A stretch of 59,875 nt of DNA, filler included, from Sandaracinaceae bacterium (GTDB lineage: Bacteria > Myxococcota_A > Polyangia > Polyangiales > JADJQN01), in assembly GCA_947483975.1 (NCBI GenBank). It is 6 parts of 6 records of this genome, joined end to end, with 100 filler letters (N's around TTAATTAATTAA, not from the genome) between each part and the next. Parts side by side here need not be neighbours in the genome. Positions count along the whole stretch, not along the records: positions 10,070 to 20,009 come from CANKOL010000187.1; positions 20,110 to 30,019 come from CANKOL010000188.1; 4 more parts are not named here. One strand, written 5' to 3'. The notes beneath the pieces were generated by a model that saw nothing but the letters and a program-made list of their open reading frames with translations, searched no databases and had not been told where the DNA came from. Made by a program: the position numbers and the translations under genes. Positions 10,172 through 20,824 of this stretch are shown one piece after another (the stretch's first letter is position 1; the number at the start of each line of letters is the position of its first letter).

Positions 10172-10215
10172 GCGCGCGCCCAGAGCGAGGCGCCGCCGCG
10201 GTGCGCCGAACCTAG

Positions 10216-11736
<1,521 letters not shown>

Positions 11737-11739
11737 GCC

Positions 11740-12168
11740 GTGGCGAGCCCGAGCGATCTGCTGCACCTCGAAGTCGCGACGCCGCTCGGTCTCGCGCTCG
11801 GCACCGTCGCCGAGAGCGTCTCTGCGCCGAGCGTGCGCGGCGAGTTCGGCGTGCTGCCGAACCACCTCCCGCTCCTCGCCGCCCTCAGGAGCGGCGTGCT
11901 CCGCTACCGCACCGCCGGCAAGGATCACCTCGCGGCGGTCGGCCCCGGCTTCGTCGAGGCGGGGCGCGAGAAGGTCCTCGTGCTGACGGATAAGTTCATG
12001 TCGCCGGGCGACATCGACGCGACCGCGACGAAGGCTGAGCTCGCCGAGGCCGAGAAGAAGCTCGCCGCCTTCCCGGACGAGTACGCGGGCCCCGACTACG
12101 AGTTCCTGCAGCGCGCGATCGACTGGGCGCAGGCCAAGCTCGACGTGCTCGCAGAGTCGCAGCGCTGA
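11740..12168 (+). CDS. atpC: F1 ATP synthase epsilon subunit
   Basis: LEVATP, GEFGVLPNHLPLL, GFVE; C-terminal helical hairpin; 3 bp after atpD. Confidence 0.93.
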   Translation: MASPSDLLHLEVATPLGLALGTVAESVSAPSVRGEFGVLPNHLPLLAALRSGVLRYRTAGKDHLAAVGPGFVEAGREKVLVLTDKFMSPGDIDATATKAELAEAEKKLAAFPDEYAGPDYEFLQRAIDWAQAKLDVLAESQR

Positions 12169-12217
12169 GCGACGGCGCTCGCCCCGTTGTGCTGAGCGAC
12201 GGCGCTCGCCCCGTTGT
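12164..12217 (+). repeat. Perfect 27-bp tandem duplication spanning the atpC stop codon
   Basis: GCTGAGCGACGGCGCTCGCCCCGTTGT at 12164-12190 and 12191-12217. Confidence 0.95.
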
Positions 12218-12229
12218 AGAGTCGCCCGG

Positions 12230-12892
12230 GTGGGCTACCGCGACTTCCCCGAAGGACAGCTCGGACCGCAGCGCAGCGTGCACACGCTCGAGCGGCCCGG
12301 CGTCCTCGGCGCGGCGCTCGGCTGGGCCGCGCAGCTCGTCGGCTCACGCGCGGACGACGGCGACCTCGTCGACGCCGTGCAGCTGCACGCGGGCGGGCTG
12401 AAGCTCTCGCGCGAGGGCGTCGCTGCGACCGTGTGCTGGGGCGACGTCGAGGAGGTCTACGGCGACACCGCGGACGTCTGGCTCGGCGCGCTCGGACCCG
12501 AGCCCGAGCCGGTCCGCGGGACGCTCCGGCTCAAGCGACACGACGGCGCGGTGCATCGCCTCCCGCCCACGCTCTCGGAGGCGACGGCGCTCTTCGCGAC
12601 GATCATCGCGCGCTGCTCGCGCGCGCAGACGCAGGAGTGTCGCGCGGCGCTCTCGGAGGGCAGCACCCTGACTTTCGGGCCGGTGACGCTCAGCGCGAGC
12701 GAGCTCTGCGTGCGCGAGAAGCGGCTGCCGCTCGAGGACCTCGCGATGGTCTCGACGCGCCCCGATCACCTGGTCTTCGCGCGCAAGGGCGGCGACCGGC
12801 CCTGGGCGAGCGTGCGCTACGAGGTGCTCCCGCACGTCACGCTGCTGCTCGCGCTGCTGCCGCCGCGCGCCTCGGCTCAGAGCCCGCGCTGA
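12230..12892 (+). CDS. Hypothetical protein, DUF6585-like
   Basis: Host-like codon usage; TFGPVTLS...LPLEDL...W...LPHVTLLLALL pattern recalled for that family. Confidence 0.6.
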   Translation: MGYRDFPEGQLGPQRSVHTLERPGVLGAALGWAAQLVGSRADDGDLVDAVQLHAGGLKLSREGVAATVCWGDVEEVYGDTADVWLGALGPEPEPVRGTLRLKRHDGAVHRLPPTLSEATALFATIIARCSRAQTQECRAALSEGSTLTFGPVTLSASELCVREKRLPLEDLAMVSTRPDHLVFARKGGDRPWASVRYEVLPHVTLLLALLPPRASAQSPR

Positions 12893-12899
12893 CGCGCCC

Positions 12900-12936
12900 A
12901 AACGCCAACGGGCGCACACCTCTCGGCGCGCGCCCG
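12900..12936 (-). terminator. Possible intrinsic terminator between convergent genes
   Basis: Stem CGGGCGC/GCGCCCG (12909-12936) followed on the minus strand by TTGGCGTTT. Confidence 0.4.
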
Positions 12937-12959
12937 CTCGGACCGACCTCGAGGGCCGC

Positions 12960-13646
12960 TCAGTTCGCGTCGACGAGGCGCAGCGACGCGACGAGCGTGT
13001 CGAGGTGCGCGCGCCCGAGGAACGACCAGACCTGATAGACGCAGTCCTGACCGGGCACGACGATGGTGGCGACGGCCGCCGGGTCCTCGCTGCTCGCCTG
13101 CACGTCGATGCGCCCCCCGTCGGCGAGCACGGTCGCCGTCCCGCCGACGAGGTCTTCGGCCTCGTCCGCGCTCATCGCGGTGCCCGCGACGCCGAAGGTG
13201 CCGCGCCCGCAGGTCTCGCAGACGTCGCCGCCCGCCGTCATGCCGGCCGCGCCGCGCTGATCGAATTCGAGCGACCAGCCGCCCGCATAAGCACCCGAGC
13301 GAGCGCGCGCGCCCTCGCCTGCGCCGAGCGTCGTCGGCGCGAGCGGCGCGCACCAGCCGTGATTCTCCGAGCGGTGCCACGCCTGCAAGAGCGCGCGCGG
13401 CGCCGCAGGCTGCGCGAGGTGCGCCGCGCTCCAAGGCGCGACGGGCGCAGGCGCGGCCTCGACGTGCTCGGTGAGCGCGACGGCTTCGGACGCCGCCGTC
13501 GTCGAGGTGTCGTTCATCGCGATGGTCGGCGCTGTCGCCGGAGCCATCGCGGGCGCGCTCGACGCGACCACCGGGCCGCCGGCGAAGCTCGCGCCACAGC
13601 CAGCGATCAAGAACGTTCCCACTACCGCCCAGGTCTTACGCGTCAT
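12960..13646 (-). CDS. Hypothetical lipoprotein
   Basis: MTRKTWAVVGTFLIAGC lipobox; Ala/Pro tether; four further Cys including CETC. Confidence 0.8.
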   Translation of the reverse strand: MTRKTWAVVGTFLIAGCGASFAGGPVVASSAPAMAPATAPTIAMNDTSTTAASEAVALTEHVEAAPAPVAPWSAAHLAQPAAPRALLQAWHRSENHGWCAPLAPTTLGAGEGARARSGAYAGGWSLEFDQRGAAGMTAGGDVCETCGRGTFGVAGTAMSADEAEDLVGGTATVLADGGRIDVQASSEDPAAVATIVVPGQDCVYQVWSFLGRAHLDTLVASLRLVDAN

Positions 13647-13812
13647 GGCTGAATCCTCCCGGCTCTCGGCCGATTCGCGCAGAGCCTGCCTTCGCCCGGC
13701 ACGCCCTACTGCGACTCATCGGCTAACACGCGCTCACGGGCGCTGGCAAAAAAGCCGCAAGCGAGCGGGGTAGTTGCGAGTCGTCCAACGGCGCAGTGAT
13801 ACCCTCGCTGCG

Positions 13813-15504
13813 ATGACTCCGCGCACTGCTGCTCTCGCCTCTGCTCTGTCGCTCACGCTCGGGCTCGCCGCGCTCTCCGGCTGCGGCGACGACGCGCCCT
13901 CCGCGGATCTCGGCCCAGCAGACGCCGGCCTGGTGGACGCGCACGTCGTCCCGCCAGACCTCGCGCTCCCCGACTTTGGGCCACCGACGGAGCTCACGTT
14001 CCCCGCGAGCGGCTCGACGAGCGCGGCGTCGGGCGCGGGGAGCTTCACGTTCGGCGTCGCGACCGCCTCGGCGCAGATCGAGGACCTCAACCCAGCGACC
14101 GATTGGTACGTCTGGACGCAGCCCGTCGCGGAGGGCGGGCTCGGACACGGCACCTTCGTCGGCGAGGCGTCCCGCGGCTACACGCGCGCCATCGAGGACG
14201 TCGCGCTCGTGCAGGAGCTTCACCTCGACTCGTATCGCTTCAGCATGGACTGGGCGCGCATCGAGCCACAGCGCGACGTGATCGACGAGGCCGCGCTCAC
14301 GCACTACGACGCGGTCGTCGACGCGCTCGTCGCGGCGCACATCGAGCCGATGCTCACCGTGCATCACTTCTCGAGCCCCGTCTGGGCGGACGACCCGCGC
14401 CGCCCGAACGACGCGCCGTGCACGCCCTCGGACACCGACCTCTGCGGCTGGGACGACCCGGAGGGCGCGCCGCTCCTCATCGCGGAGCTCGCGGAGCACG
14501 CGCGGCTGCTCGCGGCCCGCTACGGCGACCGCGTGGACGACTGGGCGACGGTCAACGAGCCCATCAACTACCTGCTCGCGAGCTACGGAGTCACCGTCTT
14601 CCCGCCGGGGCGCAACCTGATCCTCTCGGGCGACACCGGCTTTGCGCGCTTCGTCGAGGTCGTGCGGAACTACATCCGCGCGCACGTCGCGATCTACGAC
14701 GCGATCAAGGAGGCAGACACGATCGACGCCGACGGCGACGGAGTCGCGGCGAGCGTGGGCTTCACGCTCTCGGTCTCGGACTGGCAGCCTGCGCGCTACA
14801 ACCGGCCGAGCACGAATCCGATCGACCTCGCGGCGACGGCGCGCGTGAAGGCCGTGTATCTCTATCTCTTCCCCGACGCGGTGCAGGCGGGCGGCTTCGA
14901 CACCGACTTCGACGGAGTCAGCGACGAGCCTCACCCGGAGTGGGCCAACAAGCTCGATTGGCTCGGGGTGCAGTACTACTTCCGCGCGGGCGTGACGGGC
15001 GCGCGCTCGATCATCCCGGGGATCGACGCGTCGGTGTGCGCGATCGGCCTCGACTTCGGCGCGTGCCTGCCGCCCTCGGACCCGACTCACGAGGTGCCGA
15101 CGATGCACTACGAGTATTACGAACCCGGCCTCTACAACGTGCTCGCGGACTTCGGCGCGCGCTGGCCTGCGTTGCCGATGACCGTCACGGAGGGCGGCAT
15201 CGCGACGACCGTCGGGGCGCGTCGGGCAGAGAACGTCGTGCGCACGCTCGAGCAGATCATGCGGGCCCGCGCGGACGGCGTCGACGTGCGCGGCTATTAC
15301 CACTGGAGCCTCTACGACAACTTCGAGTGGGCCGAGGGCTACACGCCGCGCTTCGGACTCTACACAGTGGACTTCGGCGGCACCTACGACCGCACCGCGA
15401 CCGAGGGCGCGACCGTCCTCGGCACCATCGCCGGCGCGCGCGCTCTGACCATCGCCGAGCGCACGCAATACGGCGGACTCGGGCCCATGACGCCGGAGCC
15501 TTGA
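13813..15504 (+). CDS. Glycoside hydrolase family 1 lipoprotein
   Basis: Lipobox LSGC; FGVATASAQIE, YRFSMDWARIEP, TVNEP (acid/base), VTEGG (nucleophile), WSLYDNFEWAEGYTPRFGL. Confidence 0.93.
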   Translation: MTPRTAALASALSLTLGLAALSGCGDDAPSADLGPADAGLVDAHVVPPDLALPDFGPPTELTFPASGSTSAASGAGSFTFGVATASAQIEDLNPATDWYVWTQPVAEGGLGHGTFVGEASRGYTRAIEDVALVQELHLDSYRFSMDWARIEPQRDVIDEAALTHYDAVVDALVAAHIEPMLTVHHFSSPVWADDPRRPNDAPCTPSDTDLCGWDDPEGAPLLIAELAEHARLLAARYGDRVDDWATVNEPINYLLASYGVTVFPPGRNLILSGDTGFARFVEVVRNYIRAHVAIYDAIKEADTIDADGDGVAASVGFTLSVSDWQPARYNRPSTNPIDLAATARVKAVYLYLFPDAVQAGGFDTDFDGVSDEPHPEWANKLDWLGVQYYFRAGVTGARSIIPGIDASVCAIGLDFGACLPPSDPTHEVPTMHYEYYEPGLYNVLADFGARWPALPMTVTEGGIATTVGARRAENVVRTLEQIMRARADGVDVRGYYHWSLYDNFEWAEGYTPRFGLYTVDFGGTYDRTATEGATVLGTIAGARALTIAERTQYGGLGPMTPEP

Positions 15505-15505
15505 G

Positions 15506-15821
15506 TCGAGGGCCTAGGTGCGGGACTTCAGCGAGGCGATCGCGTTCGAGCGAGGCGGCGGCAAGCTGTCGGTCACTGCGTGTGGCCGGGGGCGACGCGC
15601 ACCGAGTTCGCGGACGCCGCCGGCATGACGCTGAACGCGATGGCCGACGCCGCGATGCAGAGCGGCGAGTCCTGCGTGCGCGAGGCGCTGGAGGCGACGT
15701 TCGCCGGGCGGCGCCTCGTCGTGACGGGGCGCTGAACGAGGTCATCACGTTCCTGACGCGCTTCTCGCCGCGTTGGCTCTCTGCGCGCCTCGCCGAGAGG
15801 TCGATGCGACCTCCGAAGTGA
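15506..15821 (+). pseudogene. C-terminal remnant of a short-chain dehydrogenase/reductase
   Basis: SRA*VRDFSEAIAFE...SVTA / WPGATRTEF...GRRLVVTG / ALNEVITFLTRFSPR...MRPPK*; one in-frame TAG, two frameshifts, no Rossmann N-terminus. Confidence 0.75.
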
Positions 15822-15906
15822 CGACGACGAAGGGAGCCGCGCGGAGGGCGAGGTGAGGCGCCGGGGCGCTCGAACGTCCGCGGCGGGTTGCGCTATCGTG
15901 CGGCCG

Positions 15907-16317
15907 ATGCCCGCCTTCACGCCCGCGCTCACCGTCCGCGTACCCGTCGCCTGGGGCGACATGGACGCGTTCCAGCACGTCAACAACACCGTGTATCTGC
16001 GCTGGTTCGAGACCGCGCGCATCGACTGGTTCGCGCGCGTCGAGTTCCAGAGCGCGGGCGGCGCTGGGCCCATCCTCGCGCGCACGGAGATCGACTACCG
16101 ACTGCCGGTGACGTGGCCCGACACGATCGACGTCGCCGTCGGGGTCGTCGCGCTGGGCAGGTCTTCAGCGACGCTAGGCTATCGAGTCACGAGCGAGAAG
16201 TGGGAGGGGGCCATCGTCGCAGAGGGCCTCACCGTGATCGTGCTCTTCGACTACGGGACAAAGCAGAGCGTGCCGCTCGACGACGCGCTCAGGGCGCGAG
16301 TGACCGGGGGCGCGTAG
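15907..16317 (+). CDS. Acyl-CoA thioesterase (4HBT/YbgC hot-dog family)
   Basis: WGDMDAFQHVNNTVYLRWFETAR; IDYRLPVTWPD. Confidence 0.92.
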   Translation: MPAFTPALTVRVPVAWGDMDAFQHVNNTVYLRWFETARIDWFARVEFQSAGGAGPILARTEIDYRLPVTWPDTIDVAVGVVALGRSSATLGYRVTSEKWEGAIVAEGLTVIVLFDYGTKQSVPLDDALRARVTGGA

Positions 16318-16346
16318 CGAGAGATCTCGGCGGAGCGCGACGCGCC

Positions 16347-18437
16347 TCAGCCGAGGAGTGCCCTCATTTGCGTGAGATCCGAGGCGCGCGTGGCGTCCGC
16401 GGACTGCCGCGCTGGGAGGAGCAGCACGGCGCGCTCTGGCGACGTGACGACGCACGCTCCCTCGACGTGTCCGTGCGCGAGACCCGCCGCGTGGAGCGAC
16501 TCGAGCGCCTCGAGGAGCGAGGCTGCGAGCGTGGGAGTTCGCAGAGACTCGGCGCTTGGCGATTGGCCTGCTGGCGCCTCGAGGACTGCGGTGCTCGTCG
16601 CAGCGTCGACATCGAACACGGCCTGCAGGTGGGGGTGATCGGCGGCGGCGCACGCGCGAAAGTGGGCGAGGCGCGCGTCGTCGCAGGGGACGAGCCAGAC
16701 GAGGCGCTCGAGCACGGTGTCGCGGGCGAGCGTCGCGCCGAGGTCGGGCGCGCAGAGGCGCACGGAGTCCGGCGCGGGGAGATAGCGCTCCCGCGACGTC
16801 GGCGCGGCGGGCGGAGGCTGCGTGCCGGGCGCAGGGCGCGCAGCGGGAGCGTCGTCCGCGAGCGCCGGCCAAGGGAGCGAGGCGAGGCGCGCGCGGAGGT
16901 CATCGCAGCTTTGCGGACGGGCGGACGGAGCCTTCGCGAGCAGGTCGGCGACGAGCGGATCGTACGCGGCGCCGAGCGCGGGGCGCAGCACAGACGGCGC
17001 AGGAGCGAGGCTCTCGAGGTGCTGCTGCACGAAGTCGGGACCGGGGAACGGGAGCGCGCCGGTGAGCATGCGGACGAGCAGCACGCCGAGCGCGTAGAGG
17101 TCAGTCGCCGCCGTCGGCTGACGCCCGCCGCTGATCTGCTCGGGGGCCATGAAGGCCATCGTGCCGAGCATCGCGCCGGTCAGCGTCGCGCCGAGGTCGG
17201 CGAGGTGCGCGACGCCGAAGTCGCCGAGTTTCACGGTGCCCGCGGCGTCGAAGAAGACGTTGGCGGGCTTGAGATCGCGGTGCACGACGCCGCGGCGATG
17301 CACCGCGGCGAGGCCCTCGAGGAGCGCGTCGAGGAGCGGGCGCACGTCGGCTGGCGAGAGCGCGCGCTGGGCCGCGAGGCGGTCCTCGAGCGTGCCGCCG
17401 GCCATGAACTCCATGACGAGGAACGGGCCCGAGGGGTCGAACTCGAAGACGCGCACGACGTTCGGGTGCTCGATCGCGGCGGCGAGGCGCGCCTCGCGGA
17501 CGAAGCGCGCGAAGGCGTCGCGGCCCTGCGCGCCGTCGGCGACGTTGAGCACCTTGATGGCGACGTCGCGGTCGTGAAAGGCGTCGTGCGCGAGGACGAC
17601 GCGCCCCGTGCCGCCTGAGCCGAGAGGGCGCACGACGCGATAGCGCCCGGCGAGCCAGCGCGAGGCGTCGGGGCCCGCGGAGGAGGCGGAGTCGCGTGCG
17701 AGCGCCGCGAAACCGCGCGCGTCGCCGAACGACGCGAGGAGGTAGTCGGGGACGGTGACGGGGAGCGCGGGGTCGAGCGCGCGCAGCTCGTCGAGGCGGC
17801 TCGCCGCGGCGCGATCGAGGCCGAGGGCGTCGAGGCAGGCGATCAGCAGGCGCAGCGCCGCGGCACGGCCGGAGGCTGCGTCCGCTGCTTTTTGCAGCAC
17901 GCGCGTCGCGGGCTCATAGCGCCCGAAGCGCGCGAGGATCACCCCGAGGCGGAGGGCCGCCTCGCCGTCCTCGGGCGACTCGCGCAGGCGCTGCTCGTAG
18001 AGGCGCCCCGCCTCGCGGAGCTGTCCCGAGAGCTCGAGCAAGCGCGCGGCGTCGAGCAGCTCGCCTGCGCGCTCGTAGAGGACGGCAGCGGCTGCCGAGT
18101 CTCCTGCACGATCGAGCAAGAGCGCGGCGTCGGCGAGGCGGCCCTTCGTCTCGGCGAAGCCCGCGGCGCGCCGCGCTTGCTCGGGCTCGAGGAGCAGGCG
18201 ATCGCGGAGACGCTCTTGCGCCGCGCGATCCTCGCCCGAGAGCGCATGGCGATAGGCCTCGTCGAGGCGACCGGCGCGCTCGGCGCACTCGACCGCCTCG
18301 GGGTACTTCCAGACGCTCGCGTAGAGCTCGGCGGCGCGCAGGGTCTCTCCGGCCGCGGCGAGGCGCGCGGCGGCCTCGGCGTGACGACCTTCTCGGAGGA
18401 GCTCGGCGAGCGCGGCCTCGTCGAGGGTGCCCGTCAA
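16347..18437 (-). CDS. Ser/Thr protein kinase with N-terminal TPR-like repeats and a degenerate second kinase domain
   Basis: GSGGTG, VAIK, HRDLKPANV, DFG, MAPE; TTG 18437 overlaps the upstream TGA. Confidence 0.88.
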   Translation of the reverse strand: MTGTLDEAALAELLREGRHAEAAARLAAAGETLRAAELYASVWKYPEAVECAERAGRLDEAYRHALSGEDRAAQERLRDRLLLEPEQARRAAGFAETKGRLADAALLLDRAGDSAAAAVLYERAGELLDAARLLELSGQLREAGRLYEQRLRESPEDGEAALRLGVILARFGRYEPATRVLQKAADAASGRAAALRLLIACLDALGLDRAAASRLDELRALDPALPVTVPDYLLASFGDARGFAALARDSASSAGPDASRWLAGRYRVVRPLGSGGTGRVVLAHDAFHDRDVAIKVLNVADGAQGRDAFARFVREARLAAAIEHPNVVRVFEFDPSGPFLVMEFMAGGTLEDRLAAQRALSPADVRPLLDALLEGLAAVHRRGVVHRDLKPANVFFDAAGTVKLGDFGVAHLADLGATLTGAMLGTMAFMAPEQISGGRQPTAATDLYALGVLLVRMLTGALPFPGPDFVQQHLESLAPAPSVLRPALGAAYDPLVADLLAKAPSARPQSCDDLRARLASLPWPALADDAPAARPAPGTQPPPAAPTSRERYLPAPDSVRLCAPDLGATLARDTVLERLVWLVPCDDARLAHFRACAAADHPHLQAVFDVDAATSTAVLEAPAGQSPSAESLRTPTLAASLLEALESLHAAGLAHGHVEGACVVTSPERAVLLLPARQSADATRASDLTQMRALLG

Positions 18438-19360
18438 AGCGGCTCCCGCAGCGCGGCGTCGAGGTGGGGCGGCGTCGCCGAGGCCGAGACGGGCGCGGTG
18501 GCCTCGAGCACCTCCGGCGTGTCGAGGGACGCCTCGTCGTCGTCTGTGTCGTCTGCGGCCACGTTGAGCGGAAACGGCGGCGCGACGCCGCGAGCGCGAG
18601 CGTGCGAGTCGGAGGTCGAGGCGCGCGAGGCGAGCACCTGACGCGCGTGCGAGCGCCGGCCGGGCGAGGTGCCGTCGAGCCAGAAGTAGCTGCGATTGCG
18701 GACGTCGATGTGCACGAAGCCGCTCAGCGTGTAGGTCCCGACGCCGCTGAAGCCCTCGCCGCGCGCGTGCTCCGCGAGCACGGCGTCGCGCACGCCCGGG
18801 AGCACGACGTCCATCGCGCGACCCATCGTGTGGCGGCTCGTCGCGCGGTCCTCGCGGAAGCCGCTGACGACCCAGACGAACGGCACGCGGAAGTGCCGCT
18901 GCGCGCGGTAGACGCGGTCGAGTACGCCCTCGTCGATGGGATGACGCACGCCGCTGCGACGCGCGGCGAGGAGCGCCTCGGCGCGCAGCAGCGCGTCCGC
19001 GTCGAAGCCGCCGTCGTCGCGGAGCGGCATGAGCTCGACGCGCTCGCCGACGCCGACCGTCACGAGCACGAGCGGCGGGCGCGGCAGCGCGCTCTCCCAA
19101 GCGTCGCGCTCCTGGGTCGAGGCAGGCTGATGCCAGCGCGCGCGCATCCGGCGGTAGCTCGCGCTCACCTGCGGGCGCCGTGGGTGACGCGCGTGTCGCC
19201 GATGGCGACGCGGTGCCGCGTGCGCGCCCGCGTCTTGCGCCGAAGCGCTCGCGGGGAGCGACTCCGCCGCGCAAACGACCGCGAGCACGAGCAGCGCGGC
19301 GCGCAGGCAGGCGACGAAGAACGCGAAGCGCCTCGGCGCGTGAAGGCTCGCGCGCGGCAT
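18434..19360 (-). CDS. YcbK/DUF882 (peptidase M15-type) secreted protein
   Basis: Signal peptide; VSGFR, SRHTMGRAMD and FVHIDVR give the His/Asp/His zinc ligands. Confidence 0.85.
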   Translation of the reverse strand: MPRASLHAPRRFAFFVACLRAALLVLAVVCAAESLPASASAQDAGAHAAPRRHRRHARHPRRPQVSASYRRMRARWHQPASTQERDAWESALPRPPLVLVTVGVGERVELMPLRDDGGFDADALLRAEALLAARRSGVRHPIDEGVLDRVYRAQRHFRVPFVWVVSGFREDRATSRHTMGRAMDVVLPGVRDAVLAEHARGEGFSGVGTYTLSGFVHIDVRNRSYFWLDGTSPGRRSHARQVLASRASTSDSHARARGVAPPFPLNVAADDTDDDEASLDTPEVLEATAPVSASATPPHLDAALREPL

Positions 19361-19362
19361 CG

Positions 19363-19845
19363 TCAGCGGGGGATCTCCGGCAGCTCGACGGCGAGATGAT
19401 GCAGCACGCTCTCGAGCGTGCGCAGCTCTTCGCGGACGGTGCGGACGTGATTGTGGTAGCCGCGCCCGTCGCCCGCAGCCTCTGCCGCGATCGCGCACTC
19501 GGCGTTCTCCGCGACGAGGATCAGATGCGGATGCAGCAGCCGCAGCTCGGTCGGCGGGATCATGTGCCCGATCATCGCGACGTACTGCTGCGCGAGCGGC
19601 AGCGAGAAGCGCGCGAGCGCCTCGTTGCCGGGGTGCATCTCGACCCAGCGCATCGTGCGGCGAACGCCGTCGAGCACGAGCACGAGGCGCTGCAGGTACT
19701 CGCGGTGCGCGACGGACGGCGGGGGCGTCGGGGCAGCCTGCGCGGCGACCTGCGTCGGCAGCGCGAGCCCGCCCGGCGAGGCGACGAGGAGGACCGCGCC
19801 GACCGAGAGGACCGCGAAGAGCGGGAAAGTGCGGAGCTGGCGCAT
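19363..19845 (-). CDS. Hypothetical secreted helical protein
   Basis: Signal-peptide-like N-terminus; 2 bp from the next gene; amphipathic helices. Confidence 0.75.
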   Translation of the reverse strand: MRQLRTFPLFAVLSVGAVLLVASPGGLALPTQVAAQAAPTPPPSVAHREYLQRLVLVLDGVRRTMRWVEMHPGNEALARFSLPLAQQYVAMIGHMIPPTELRLLHPHLILVAENAECAIAAEAAGDGRGYHNHVRTVREELRTLESVLHHLAVELPEIPR

Positions 19846-19861
19846 CGAGGGGGCCGCGCGC

Positions 19862-20009
19862 TCAGTAGACTGTGACGACGAGCGTCACGCGCGCCGCAGC
19901 GACGGTCGGTGAGGTCGTGCCGCCGACGGTGGCTGCGCCCGCGAGCGCCGAGAAGAAGAGCCGACCCGCGCCCGCACCGCCGCCTGCGCCGCCACCTCCG
20001 CCGTTCGCG
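19862..20009 (-). CDS. C-terminal fragment of a Gly-rich protein (5' end off contig)
   Basis: ANGGGGGAGGGAGAGRLFFS...VTVY* ending at TGA 19864-19862. Confidence 0.6.
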
Positions 20010-20109
20010 NNNNNNNNNNNNNNNNNNNNNNNNNNNNNNNNNNNNNNNNNNNNTTAATTAATTAANNNNNNNNNNNNNNNNNNNNNNNNNNNNNNNNNNN
20101 NNNNNNNNN
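20010..20109. other. Artificial contig spacer
   Basis: N44-TTAATTAATTAA-N44. Confidence 0.98.
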
Positions 20110-20110
20110 C

Positions 20111-20710
20111 GCGCCGCTCTTCGCTGGCGCGGTGACGCTCGTCGCCGTCCTCCTCGCGGGCGCGGCGGTGGGCTCGACGAGCGCCGAGGTGCTCGCGCTG
20201 GTGCCGACGCGCGTGCTCGCGGGCGACGCGCAGGTGCGCTTCTTGGCGGGCGGAGAGCCGCCGCGCGACTGCCCGTTCCGCTGGCAGAGCGGCTTCTTCG
20301 AGTGCGGCGTCGAGTACGGTCGAGTCGGCGCGGGTCACCTCCCGGCGATCAACGACGGCACGGCGTCGTGGCCGTTCGTCGTGCCCGCGGTGCGGTTCTT
20401 CCCGAGCGCCAAGCTCGGGCTCTTCGAGGTGCGCCTGCGCCGGCGCGCCTCCGGTATCTGGCTCGCCGGGGGCTGGGGCAACGTCGAAGGCAGCTGGCTG
20501 ACGGTCGACTCGCGCGCCCCGCTCGAGCTCGACCTGAGCACGCGCACGGTCGACCTCGGGACTGAACTGGCGCCGCACGACTTCGTCGTCACCGCCGCGG
20601 CGACGGGCGTCGGTCGGATGGGCGGCGTCGCCTTCGTCGCGCAGCGCGCCCTCGACCGAGAGCGCCTCGACGACGTGCCCTGGGCGCCGCCGACGCCGCC
20701 GTCGAACTAG
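20111..20710 (+). CDS. 5'-truncated hypothetical protein
   Basis: Open from the contig start; hydrophobic segment then beta-rich domain; host-like codons. Confidence 0.6.
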   Translation, partial: APLFAGAVTLVAVLLAGAAVGSTSAEVLALVPTRVLAGDAQVRFLAGGEPPRDCPFRWQSGFFECGVEYGRVGAGHLPAINDGTASWPFVVPAVRFFPSAKLGLFEVRLRRRASGIWLAGGWGNVEGSWLTVDSRAPLELDLSTRTVDLGTELAPHDFVVTAAATGVGRMGGVAFVAQRALDRERLDDVPWAPPTPPSN

Positions 20711-20824
20711 GCGCCTCGACGGCTCCGCTCGACCGGCTCGAGCCCGGCGTTGCCGTTTCCGTTCGGTAACCTCGCTTCTGTATTTGGCCTTACAAATAGA
20801 CGCCGTTCATGGCAAAAAAGCACC

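Noticed and set aside
13744..13759. TGGCAAAAAAGCCGCA as a sigma54 promoter for GH1
   Set aside because: GG-N10-GC spacing fits, but it lacks both the CACG and TTGC context
16347..19274. 975-aa kinase ORF
   Set aside because: The first 279 codons are an off-frame overlap of the YcbK gene; TTG 18437 is the plausible start
20809..20822. A-AAA-AAG slippery heptamer after an ATG just upstream of hemerythrin
   Set aside because: A -1 shift from this ATG does not enter the hemerythrin frame, which has its own ATGs
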